NCBI GenBank assembly: GCA_035288965.1
Contig: DATDYQ010000048.1
Span: 1 to 47,666 of the forward strand
Source: Candidatus Nanoarchaeia archaeon
GTDB taxonomy: Archaea; Nanobdellota; Nanobdellia; SCGC-AAA011-G17; JAGVZF01
DNA length: 47,666 nt
Reading direction: 5' to 3'
Made by a program: the position numbers and the translations under genes. The notes under the pieces were generated by a model. That model was not told the origin of the DNA. It made no database searches and was given only the letters and a program-made list of their open reading frames with translations. Of the stretch, positions 1-8,059 are shown one piece after another; position 1 is the first letter of the stretch, and each line of letters opens with the position of its first letter.

Positions 1-301
1 TTCCTGATAAACTATTTTGTGAATGGGTTAAATAATATCTATATAAAACATCCCGTTCAGGTTTGCTTAATTTATATTCTATGCTTTTCTTAGTACCACA
101 TTTAGAACATTTAGCCATATCTATTGTTCGTTCTTTGCCACCTCTTTTACTTAATTCTCGGAATTTTATTAATTTAATCTTTATTAATTTCTTTTCATTA
201 ACCGGTTCAGAAATCGTTGGATTGTTGCATTTCCAACAATAATCCGGGTAAAGTATGTTCTTTAAGTTTCTATTAAATGTTATTTCTTCTCTTTCTATCA
301 T
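1..301 (-). CDS. partial hypothetical protein with two CxxC pairs (zinc-ribbon-like); C-terminus runs off the window
   Basis: Not in the ORF track because it is edge-truncated. My reverse-complement translation from ATG (301-299) reads MIEREEITFNRNLKNILYPDYCWKCNN...DMAKCSKCGTKK... with no stop down to position 1. Confidence 0.35.
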   Translation of the reverse strand, partial: MIEREEITFNRNLKNILYPDYCWKCNNPTISEPVNEKKLIKIKLIKFRELSKRGGKERTIDMAKCSKCGTKKSIEYKLSKPERDVLYRYYLTHSQNSLSG

Positions 302-434
302 TTTAATTCCTTATTATTTAATAATGAGAACTTATATTTAAACCTTTTTATATTATTGCAATATAATATATTTAAAGTTTTATATTCATGAATAGTTAAA
401 AAGGTTTAAATAATTAACAAGTAAATAAAGCAAG

Positions 435-758
435 ATGAAAGTGTTTTGTAAAAAGAGGTTTATAGCTAATGCTAAGTTCTCTAATGGTTTTGGGTTAATG
501 TTCAAGAAGAAATTAAAAGATAAAGAGGGAATTATATTAGAAACATTAGAAGGAAGATTAAGTTCAAGCATTCATATGTTATTTGTTTTTCAAACAATAG
601 ATATTATTTGGCTAGATAAGGAATGGAATATAGTTGATATTAAGAAAAATATTAAACCATTTACATTGTTTGTCATGCCAAGAAAAAAAGCAAATTATAT
701 ATTGGAGCTAAGTAAAGCAAATAATCTAAAAATAGGTGATAAGTTATTAATAAAATAA
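435..758 (+). CDS. DUF192-like small protein
   Basis: 107 aa. The core IHMLFVFQTIDIIWLD...NIVDI...ANYILEL...KIGDKL looks like the DUF192 (COG1430) pattern. Recognised by eye only. Confidence 0.5.
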   Translation: MKVFCKKRFIANAKFSNGFGLMFKKKLKDKEGIILETLEGRLSSSIHMLFVFQTIDIIWLDKEWNIVDIKKNIKPFTLFVMPRKKANYILELSKANNLKIGDKLLIK

Positions 759-778
759 GCAAAAAATCACAGGCTGCC

Positions 779-2041
779 ATGGAGTTCTTGATGACCTATG
801 GCTGGGCTATAATTGTAGTGATAACTGCTATCGCCACATTAATATTTTTATTAGGAAATCCAAATGAATTTTCAGGTGATTTTTGCAGATTGCCTCCTGG
901 GTTTAAGTGTGAAGGCTTTGCGATACAAGGAAGTAATGTTATATTTAGAATAACAAATGGTTTAGGAGTAAATTTAGTTTCTAGTAAGTTAAGTGTAATT
1001 AATAGTAATGTTGGACCTTGCATTGAATCTAGCGATATTGCTTTAGGAAGTTTACAAACAGCCACATATAGTGTACAATGTGATAATACTCAAGGAACTG
1101 TTGGTCCTTTTAGGGGAGATATAATTTTTACTTATCAAAGAGCTGATTCTGGATTGTTGTTAAGTGTTAATGGAAATATTAAAGGAGGCGGAGCTGGTGA
1201 AGGTGGAAATTTACCCCCTGGAGGAGTATGCGATGCTGATCAAGATGGTTATAGAGCAAATAGTGGAAGTTGTGGTGGATTAGATTGTAATGATAATGAT
1301 GATGCAGTAAATCCTGGAGCAGCTGAAGTTTGTGGAAATGGAATCGATGAAAATTGTAATGGGAATGGGGATGATACATGTTCTGTTTGCACTAATGGAC
1401 AGACACAAAACTGTCCTCTAACTCAAGGAGTATGTTTTGAATATCAACAAATATGTTTAACTGGGCAATGGAGTCCAAGTACTTGTAGTTATGGAGCTAA
1501 TTATCAAGTTACAGAAACAAGCTGTGATAATCTAGATAATGATTGTGATGGAACAACTGATGAAGGGTGTGCTGTTTGTACACCGGGACAACAACAAAAT
1601 TGTCCATTACAGCTAGGAGTTTGTGCAAATGTCAAGCAAACTTGTAATGCTCAAGGACAGTGGGATGCTTGTGATTATGGAAGTAATTATCAAACTATAG
1701 AAACAAAATGTGATAATCTAGACAATGATTGCGATGGAACATTTACTCCTGATGAAGGTTGTGATGATGATAATGATAATTATTGCGATAATACATTTAC
1801 TGTTCAAAGTAATCCTTTACCAAGTACATGCTCATTTGGAGGAAATGACTGCAGAGATGATAATACAAATGTAAATCCAGGAATTGATGAAAGTTTATCT
1901 GCTGGAAACTGTCAAGATGGATTAGATAATGATTGCGATGGAGCAAGAGATAATTTAGATGCAGATTGTTTTGTTGTTTGTGGTGATGGAGTGTGCACTT
2001 TCCCACAAGAGAATTCAGCTAGTTGTCCATTAGATTGTTAA
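779..2041 (+). CDS. secreted/surface protein: archaeal type IV pilin-like N-terminus plus Cys/Asp-rich MopE-like repeats
   Basis: The N-terminus MEFLMTYGWAIIVVITAIATLIFLL is typical of the mature end of a class III (prepilin-like) signal peptide. The C-terminal 270 aa are full of CDxxDNDCDG / NPGxxExC motifs. Confidence 0.7.
   Translation: MEFLMTYGWAIIVVITAIATLIFLLGNPNEFSGDFCRLPPGFKCEGFAIQGSNVIFRITNGLGVNLVSSKLSVINSNVGPCIESSDIALGSLQTATYSVQCDNTQGTVGPFRGDIIFTYQRADSGLLLSVNGNIKGGGAGEGGNLPPGGVCDADQDGYRANSGSCGGLDCNDNDDAVNPGAAEVCGNGIDENCNGNGDDTCSVCTNGQTQNCPLTQGVCFEYQQICLTGQWSPSTCSYGANYQVTETSCDNLDNDCDGTTDEGCAVCTPGQQQNCPLQLGVCANVKQTCNAQGQWDACDYGSNYQTIETKCDNLDNDCDGTFTPDEGCDDDNDNYCDNTFTVQSNPLPSTCSFGGNDCRDDNTNVNPGIDESLSAGNCQDGLDNDCDGARDNLDADCFVVCGDGVCTFPQENSASCPLDC
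1379..1762 (+). repeat. tandem in-frame duplication (~63-65 aa units) inside the Cys-rich surface protein
   Basis: Unit 1 is CSVCTNGQTQNCPLTQGVCFEYQQICLTGQWSPSTCSYGANYQVTETSCDNLDNDCDGTTDEG. Unit 2 is CAVCTPGQQQNCPLQLGVCANVKQTCNAQGQWDACDYGSNYQTIETKCDNLDNDCDGTFTPDEG. Confidence 0.8.
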
Positions 2042-2262
2042 GCTCTTAATCCTTTTCTAAATTCATATCTTATTACTACAGTTTGAGCCCATTTTGGATT
2101 TAAATCATAATTTTCCAGAAGATGTTTTGTAGCTTTTGTATAACCTTTCTTTTTTACATTAAATTGATCTAATATTTTTATCCATTCATTTGTTGATTTT
2201 AATGTTTTTGATACAATAATCTCGTCTTTCAATCTTTGCATATCTTTCTTTCTTAAAATCAT
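2038..2262 (-). CDS. small hypothetical protein (possibly DUF4287-like)
   Basis: 74 aa. The C-terminal NPKWAQTVVIRYEFRKG resembles the W-x-Q-x-V-x-x-YE motif of DUF4287-type proteins, but the match is weak. Its stop codon overlaps that of the convergent upstream gene. Confidence 0.4.
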   Translation of the reverse strand: MILRKKDMQRLKDEIIVSKTLKSTNEWIKILDQFNVKKKGYTKATKHLLENYDLNPKWAQTVVIRYEFRKGLRA

Positions 2263-2354
2263 GCTATATAGTATAACAATAAGGTTTATAAATATATATG
2301 GTAGGATATAAATTAAGTAGAAAGTTATATAAAAGTCAATTATTCTTTCTTTTT

Positions 2355-3695
2355 ATGGAAGTTAAGTTATGTGCAGTTGGTGGTTATAGTGAATGTGGAA
2401 AAAATATGACTGCAATTAAGGTTGGAGACGAAGCTATAATTCTTGATATGGGTGTTTATCTGCCTAAAGTTATTGATTTTGAAGAAGAAGGGGGGGATAG
2501 AAATTTATTGAATAGAGATTCTTTAATAAAAATGGGGGCTGTTCCTGATGATAATGTTATTAATTCTTGGAGAGATAAAGTAAAAGCTATTATTCCAAGT
2601 CATTGTCATCTTGATCATACAGCTGCTATTCCTTATTTAGCTGGAAGATATAATGCTCCTGTTATTGGAACGCCGTTTACATTAGAAGTAATAAAAGATA
2701 TAATAAAAGATGGAAATTTGAATGTAAGAAATAAATTTAAAAGTTTAAATCCTGGAAGTACAATAAAAATTAGTAAGAATTTTGAGATTGAATTTATTAA
2801 TAGTACTCATTCAACTTTACAGACTGCAATGGTGGCTGTTCATACTCCTGCTGGAATAATATTATATACAAATGATTTTAAATTTGATAATCATCCCATA
2901 ATTGGAAAAGGTCCTGATTATAATAGATTAAGAAAACTAGGAAAAACTGGAAATGTGTTAGCTGTAATAATGGATTCTTTGTATTCAAATTATAACAGAA
3001 AAACTCCAAGTGAAAGTGTGGCTAAGGAAATGCTGAAAGATGTTTTACTTGGAACTGATAATGAAGGACATGCAATAATTGCAACAACATTTGCTTCTCA
3101 TCTAGCTAGATTAAAAAGCATAATTGAATTTGGGAAAAAATTAGATAGAAAAATAGTATTTATGGGAAGAAGCATGTATAGATATACAATGGCTGCTGAA
3201 AAATTAAAATTAGTTAGCTTTACTAAGGAAGCTGAGATTTGTAAATATGCTAACAATATAAAAAGAAAACTAAAACAGATTGAGAAAGAAGGAAGAGATA
3301 AATATCTTATAGTATGTACGGGAAATCAGGGAGAACCAAGATCAACTTTAGTAAGAATGGCCAATGGAGAACTGCCTTTTAACTTTAAAGATGAAGATCA
3401 TATAATATTTTCATGCAAGACAATTCCAGCAAAGGAAAATATTGAGAATAGAGCTGCTTTGGAAAGAAAATTGAAATCTATGAAAACTAGAATATTTACA
3501 GATATCCATCAAAGTGGACATGCTTCTAGGGAAGATATGAGAGATTTAATTGATTTAGTAAAACCTAGAAAGGTAATACCAAGTCATGGTGATAGTGGAA
3601 TGTATATTGGATTATTAGATTTAGCTAAAGAGATGGGATATAATGAGAAAGATGCAAGAATGGTAAATACTGGAGAGACTGTAAATTTGAATTAG
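2355..3695 (+). CDS. rnj: archaeal RNase J-like metallo-beta-lactamase/beta-CASP ribonuclease
   Basis: It has the HxHxDH motif (SHCHLDHTAAIPYL) and a later H motif (HQSGHASREDM). The N-terminus VKLCAVGGYSECGKNMTAIKV is typical of this family. The ORF track starts at 2298, but that ATG lies only 3 nt past the TATA-like ggtttataaatat (2283-2295). I therefore prefer ATG 2355. Confidence 0.8.
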   Translation: MEVKLCAVGGYSECGKNMTAIKVGDEAIILDMGVYLPKVIDFEEEGGDRNLLNRDSLIKMGAVPDDNVINSWRDKVKAIIPSHCHLDHTAAIPYLAGRYNAPVIGTPFTLEVIKDIIKDGNLNVRNKFKSLNPGSTIKISKNFEIEFINSTHSTLQTAMVAVHTPAGIILYTNDFKFDNHPIIGKGPDYNRLRKLGKTGNVLAVIMDSLYSNYNRKTPSESVAKEMLKDVLLGTDNEGHAIIATTFASHLARLKSIIEFGKKLDRKIVFMGRSMYRYTMAAEKLKLVSFTKEAEICKYANNIKRKLKQIEKEGRDKYLIVCTGNQGEPRSTLVRMANGELPFNFKDEDHIIFSCKTIPAKENIENRAALERKLKSMKTRIFTDIHQSGHASREDMRDLIDLVKPRKVIPSHGDSGMYIGLLDLAKEMGYNEKDARMVNTGETVNLN

Positions 3696-3748
3696 AAAGC
3701 TTTAAATATAAGATAATCTTACCAATAAGATAAACTTATTAAACTAAA

Positions 3749-4000
3749 ATGGCAAGCATGGAAGTAACAAGTATAAGCTCTAGGGGGCAAGTTGTAATTC
3801 CTCAAAAACTTAGAGATAAGCTTAAAATAAGTGAAGGAGAAAAATTTATTATAGTTGGAGAAGATGATACCATTATATTAAAGAAAATTAAATCTCCATC
3901 ATTTGATGATTTATTAAAAAAAACAAGAGAGTTTGCTAAAAATAAAAAATTAAAAGAAGGTGATATCAGTGATGCAATTAAAAGAGTACGCAAAGTATGA
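3749..4000 (+). CDS. AbrB/SpoVT-family antitoxin
   Basis: It carries the swapped-hairpin motif SSRGQVVIPQKLRDKLKISEGEKFII. It overlaps the downstream PIN gene by 4 nt. Confidence 0.75.
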   Translation: MASMEVTSISSRGQVVIPQKLRDKLKISEGEKFIIVGEDDTIILKKIKSPSFDDLLKKTREFAKNKKLKEGDISDAIKRVRKV

Positions 4001-4401
4001 AAGTTGTAATCGATACAAATGTATTTATCTCGGGAATATTCTGGGAAGGCAATTTTTGTTCTAAGATAATTGACGCTTTAAAAGATAAAAAAATTCAATC
4101 TATTTGTTCATTAGAAATAATAGAAGAAATTGTAAAAACTCTGAGCACTTTTAGGATCCAAATGGATAAGCAACTAATTAATAATTGGAGAGATATTATT
4201 ATAGAAAATTCTATTATGGTTAGGCCATCTAAAAAAGTAAATATGGTAAAAGATGATCCAGATGATAATAAATTCATTGAAGCAGCAATTGAAGGGAAAG
4301 CTGGATATATAATAAGTCAAGATAAACATCTATTAAAAATTAAAGAATATGAAGGAATTATAATTATAAATCCAAAAGATTTTATAAAGATATTAAAATA
4401 A
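3997..4401 (+). CDS. PIN-domain toxin (VapC-like)
   Basis: The N-terminal VVIDTNVFISG and the later DPDDNKFIEAA supply the acidic residues of a PIN fold. It is paired with the AbrB gene upstream. Confidence 0.75.
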   Translation: MKVVIDTNVFISGIFWEGNFCSKIIDALKDKKIQSICSLEIIEEIVKTLSTFRIQMDKQLINNWRDIIIENSIMVRPSKKVNMVKDDPDDNKFIEAAIEGKAGYIISQDKHLLKIKEYEGIIIINPKDFIKILK

Positions 4402-4444
4402 AACCTTTATATTATATTTTAGATTCTTTTAAATTTGAATTAGA

Positions 4445-4459
4445 AAAGTTTATAAATAC
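4445..4459 (+). promoter_or_regulatory. BRE/TATA promoter (aaagtttataaatac) for the 4480 gene
   Basis: The TATA 5' edge is 31 nt upstream of the ATG. The motif and spacing recur across the window. Confidence 0.5.
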
Positions 4460-4479
4460 TACTTTTAAATAGTTAAATT

Positions 4480-4962
4480 ATGACAACAGGATTGGAACAA
4501 TTTTATGGAACTTATCTTGGATTTTCTCCTACTGATTCATCTGCTGCAGGTCTTGGAGAATTAGAGATTATTATTACAGAATCATTGATTAAGGGTAGAT
4601 TTGCAACTGGTTATGAAATTATATCTGAAGAAATTCCAATATCAATGTTAAAACCTATGACAAAGGAAGATATAAAAAATACTCAGAAAGAAGGAAGTTC
4701 TTATGTAGATCGTTGTGTTGGTTTTGATCTTAAGGGAGTTAAATATATATTTCTTGTAGATCCAAAAGAGGATGAATTTGGATTATTGATTTATGACAAT
4801 GAGTTAGCAGATATACTTGGTCCTCCAGCTTTATTCAACCCTAAGCAAATTGAGATGGGTGCTTATAAAGAATTTATTGAAGCATTAGAAAAAGAAAATG
4901 GTAAGGGTTGTTATCCAACATTAGAAAATGGAGGAAAAGTTTCCAAGGATTTAGGGGAATAA
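4480..4962 (+). CDS. hypothetical protein
   Basis: 160-aa ORF with a promoter motif at the canonical distance. I recognise no family. Confidence 0.5.
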   Translation: MTTGLEQFYGTYLGFSPTDSSAAGLGELEIIITESLIKGRFATGYEIISEEIPISMLKPMTKEDIKNTQKEGSSYVDRCVGFDLKGVKYIFLVDPKEDEFGLLIYDNELADILGPPALFNPKQIEMGAYKEFIEALEKENGKGCYPTLENGGKVSKDLGE

Positions 4963-4964
4963 AA

Positions 4965-5744
4965 ATGTTTGAAACAAGAAAAACAATATTTAATGGTGTA
5001 GAATTACCTGATGAATTTTCAGGGTCAAATGTAATAAATAATGTTGCAATTTCTAGAGATGGAACAAAGTATGCCTATGTTTCGCGTAATGGTGGATTAG
5101 TCATTGGACAAATGCCTGAAAATGGAAGATTAGAGATTGATGGAAATGTTATAAATTATCAAAAAGGAATAAATGGAAATAGAATTAATGTTAAAGGACG
5201 AGGTGTTCATATAAGTTCTTTTGGTGGTGGTTCTGTTATAATTTCGGGAAGTGGAAATTACGTATCTGGCAATGATTTAGAATTTAAAATTGATCAAGCA
5301 TATGTTAATGTTAATAAAGTCTCTTTAAAAGAAAGTGCAAGAGATATTAATTTAGGATTATGTTATGATGTAAATGTTTATGTTAAAGGTTTTACAAACA
5401 ATGAACCAGAATATAAAGAAAATAGATTATTTATAGATGGATTGGAAGGAACCTTATTGTTACCTAAACCAAACTTGGGATTAGATATTGATATAAAAAC
5501 ATCGGCCGGAGAAGTTAAAGGAGATGTAGCGCATAAGGGGATAATAAGAACTTCAGCTGGAGATATATCTATTGACTTATATGCACCCTTAACCATTGAA
5601 GCCAATACTTCTGCTGGGGATGTTAATGTGAGAAAGATGATTTCAGAAGGAAGAGGTGTTTACAGTCCACCAAATCAAAGTTCATTAGGAACTTTAATTT
5701 TAGAAACTTCTGCTGGGGATGTAACTGTAAATTATATGCTTTGA
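4965..5744 (+). CDS. DUF4097-like repetitive beta-rich protein (putative adhesin fold)
   Basis: TSAGEV / TSAGDI / TSAGDV / TSAGDV repeats occur in the C-terminal half. The ORF-track start at 4908 is a TTG. ATG 4965 follows the upstream stop directly. Confidence 0.5.
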   Translation: MFETRKTIFNGVELPDEFSGSNVINNVAISRDGTKYAYVSRNGGLVIGQMPENGRLEIDGNVINYQKGINGNRINVKGRGVHISSFGGGSVIISGSGNYVSGNDLEFKIDQAYVNVNKVSLKESARDINLGLCYDVNVYVKGFTNNEPEYKENRLFIDGLEGTLLLPKPNLGLDIDIKTSAGEVKGDVAHKGIIRTSAGDISIDLYAPLTIEANTSAGDVNVRKMISEGRGVYSPPNQSSLGTLILETSAGDVTVNYML

Positions 5745-5807
5745 TATTATTTCTTGCTAGATTAAATTTATATACTATTCTATCTTATTCTTTGTAGGGG
5801 GAACAAT

Positions 5808-7004
5808 ATGAAATTTGCTCATATGAGTGATGTACATATAGGAGGCTGGAAAGAGCCAAAGCTAAGAGAACTTAATTTAATGAGTTTTAAGAAAGCTATA
5901 GATATTTGTATAAATGAAAATGTTGCTTTTCTATTAATATCTGGAGATTTGTTTAATACTGCTTTACCCCAAATTGAATATATAAAAGAAGTTTCTCATG
6001 ATTTAAGTAGATTAAAAGAGCATGATATCAATGTTTATGTTATTCCGGGAAGCCATGATTTCTCTCCAAGTGGAAAGACTATGATTGATGTTTTAGATAA
6101 AGCAGGATTGATGGAAAATGTGTTTAAGCTTGAAAATGGGAAGTTAAGTTTTACTATAGATAAGACAAATGCTAAGATAACTGGAATTATTGGACAAAGA
6201 ACGGGATTGGAAAGAGAACATTATAAAAAATTAGATAAAGAGAGCTTAGAAAATGAGAAAGGATTCAAAATATTCATGTTTCATACATTGATAAGTGAAT
6301 TAAAGCCTGATTTTTTAGAAAAAGTTGATGGAGAAGGTCTAGATTCTTTACCTAAAGGTTTTGATTATTATGCAGGAGGACATCCGCATTTTGTTTTCAA
6401 TGAAAAAATTGAAGATTATGGAATAATAACTTATCCGGGAGCTTTATTTCCAAATAATTTTATGGAATTAGAAAGGTTTCATCATGGAGGTTTTTTCATT
6501 GTTGATGTTAATAATGAAGTTAATGTAAAACATGTTCCTGTTAAATTTTATGATGTTATTAATCTTAATATTAATGTTGATAATAAAACAAGCAATGAAG
6601 CTAATGATATAATATTAGATGAATTAAATATTAATGTTAATAATAAAATTGTAACTTTAAGAATTCATGGAGTTTTAAGCAATGGAAAATTAAGTGATAT
6701 TGATTGGAAAGGAATTAATAACAAATTAATTGAAGCTTATATTGTTTTAAAAAATACAAGCAAATTAACAACTAAAGATTATGAAGAGTTAAAGATAGAA
6801 GGTGGGGATATAGAAGATATTGAAAATAAAGTAATAAAAGAGAATTTAGGAAAAATTAAAATTATTAATGAAGAGGTAATAATACATAATGTTCTAAATT
6901 CTTTGAATATTGAGAAAGGAGAAGGGGAAAGAAATAGTGATTTTGAAGAAAGAATAGTAAATAATTTTGTTAAAGTTTTTAATTTAGGGGAGATTTGGAA
7001 ATGA
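5808..7004 (+). CDS. mre11: Mre11 (SbcD-type) nuclease
   Basis: Calcineurin-like phosphoesterase motifs are present: MSDVHIGG, SGDLFN, PGSHD, GGHPH. Position is upstream of rad50. Confidence 0.85.
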   Translation: MKFAHMSDVHIGGWKEPKLRELNLMSFKKAIDICINENVAFLLISGDLFNTALPQIEYIKEVSHDLSRLKEHDINVYVIPGSHDFSPSGKTMIDVLDKAGLMENVFKLENGKLSFTIDKTNAKITGIIGQRTGLEREHYKKLDKESLENEKGFKIFMFHTLISELKPDFLEKVDGEGLDSLPKGFDYYAGGHPHFVFNEKIEDYGIITYPGALFPNNFMELERFHHGGFFIVDVNNEVNVKHVPVKFYDVINLNINVDNKTSNEANDIILDELNINVNNKIVTLRIHGVLSNGKLSDIDWKGINNKLIEAYIVLKNTSKLTTKDYEELKIEGGDIEDIENKVIKENLGKIKIINEEVIIHNVLNSLNIEKGEGERNSDFEERIVNNFVKVFNLGEIWK

Positions 7005-8059
7005 ACTTTGATCAATTTATAAGAAGCTTAGAAAAGGATTCAAGAGTTGCAATACTTCATGATACTGATCCAGATGGGGTTTGTAGTGCTGTGATTGTTG
7101 CTAAAGCTGTAGAAAAGATAACTGGGAATAAGATTAAATTAAGAGTTCATCAAGATGATAGAACTGGAGATATATTTGATGAAACAATAAAAAAATTAAA
7201 AGAGAATAAGATTAATAGATTGATTATAACTGATAAACCTATTGATTATAGACCGGAAGGTGTTTTAATTGTCGAGAAGTTTGCCAAGGTTTTAATTATA
7301 GATCATCATAAAAAATATACTGATATTAACAATGAAAATATCTGCTTGTTAAAGGAAGGAAGTTATTATCCAAGCAGTAAAATTGCTTTTGATTATTTTT
7401 CAAGATATGTTAATTTAGAAGCTTTAGACTGGTTAGCTGCTGCAGGATTAATAACAGATTATGCTTTTAAATATTGGGGAGAATTTCTTGATAAAGTATT
7501 CAAAAGATATAATATAAAAAAAACTAAAGATATATTTACGAATGAGCTTGGTGAAATTGGAAGCATAATAAAATATGCTGAAGTATATAATTTAGACAAT
7601 GTTCAAGAGATTTTTGATATAATCTATAATGCAAAGAATCCTAGAGATGTCCATAAATCTAATCTAAAAAAATATTATGATAAAGTTAAAATAGAAGTTG
7701 ATAAGGCTGTAAAAGAATTCAATAAAAAGAAGGAGATTCATGGGGATTTAGATTGGTATGAAGTGAAGAGCAAATATCCTTTAACTTCTGTGATTTCTTC
7801 AATAATATCGGCAAAAAATCAAAGCAGAACATTGGTTGTGACACAAAATTTTAATGGAAGATATAATGTAAGTGCAAGAAGACAAGATCAAAAAATAGCT
7901 GTAAATGACATTCTAAGTGAAGCCGTTGTTGGATTTGAAAATGCCTCTGGTGGAGGTCATAAAACTTCTGCGGGTAGTGTTTTTAACACAAATGATTATG
8001 TGGAATTTAAAAAGCGAGTTTTAAATGATTATAAAAAAATTAAAGCTGGAAAATATTAG
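7001..8059 (+). CDS. DHH/DHHA1 family phosphoesterase (RecJ/GAN/NrnA-like)
   Basis: Motifs seen: HDTDPDGVCSA, IIDHHK (the DHH motif) and GGGHKTSAG (DHHA1). ATG 7001 overlaps the mre11 stop (ATGA). The ORF-track start at 6995 is a TTG. Confidence 0.8.
   Translation: MNFDQFIRSLEKDSRVAILHDTDPDGVCSAVIVAKAVEKITGNKIKLRVHQDDRTGDIFDETIKKLKENKINRLIITDKPIDYRPEGVLIVEKFAKVLIIDHHKKYTDINNENICLLKEGSYYPSSKIAFDYFSRYVNLEALDWLAAAGLITDYAFKYWGEFLDKVFKRYNIKKTKDIFTNELGEIGSIIKYAEVYNLDNVQEIFDIIYNAKNPRDVHKSNLKKYYDKVKIEVDKAVKEFNKKKEIHGDLDWYEVKSKYPLTSVISSIISAKNQSRTLVVTQNFNGRYNVSARRQDQKIAVNDILSEAVVGFENASGGGHKTSAGSVFNTNDYVEFKKRVLNDYKKIKAGKY

Noticed and set aside
796-2006. Minus-strand ORFs 796-1065, 1179-1379 and 1797-2006.
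   Set aside because: They are antisense shadows of the Cys-rich surface protein gene. Their H/L/Q-rich translations mirror the repetitive codons.
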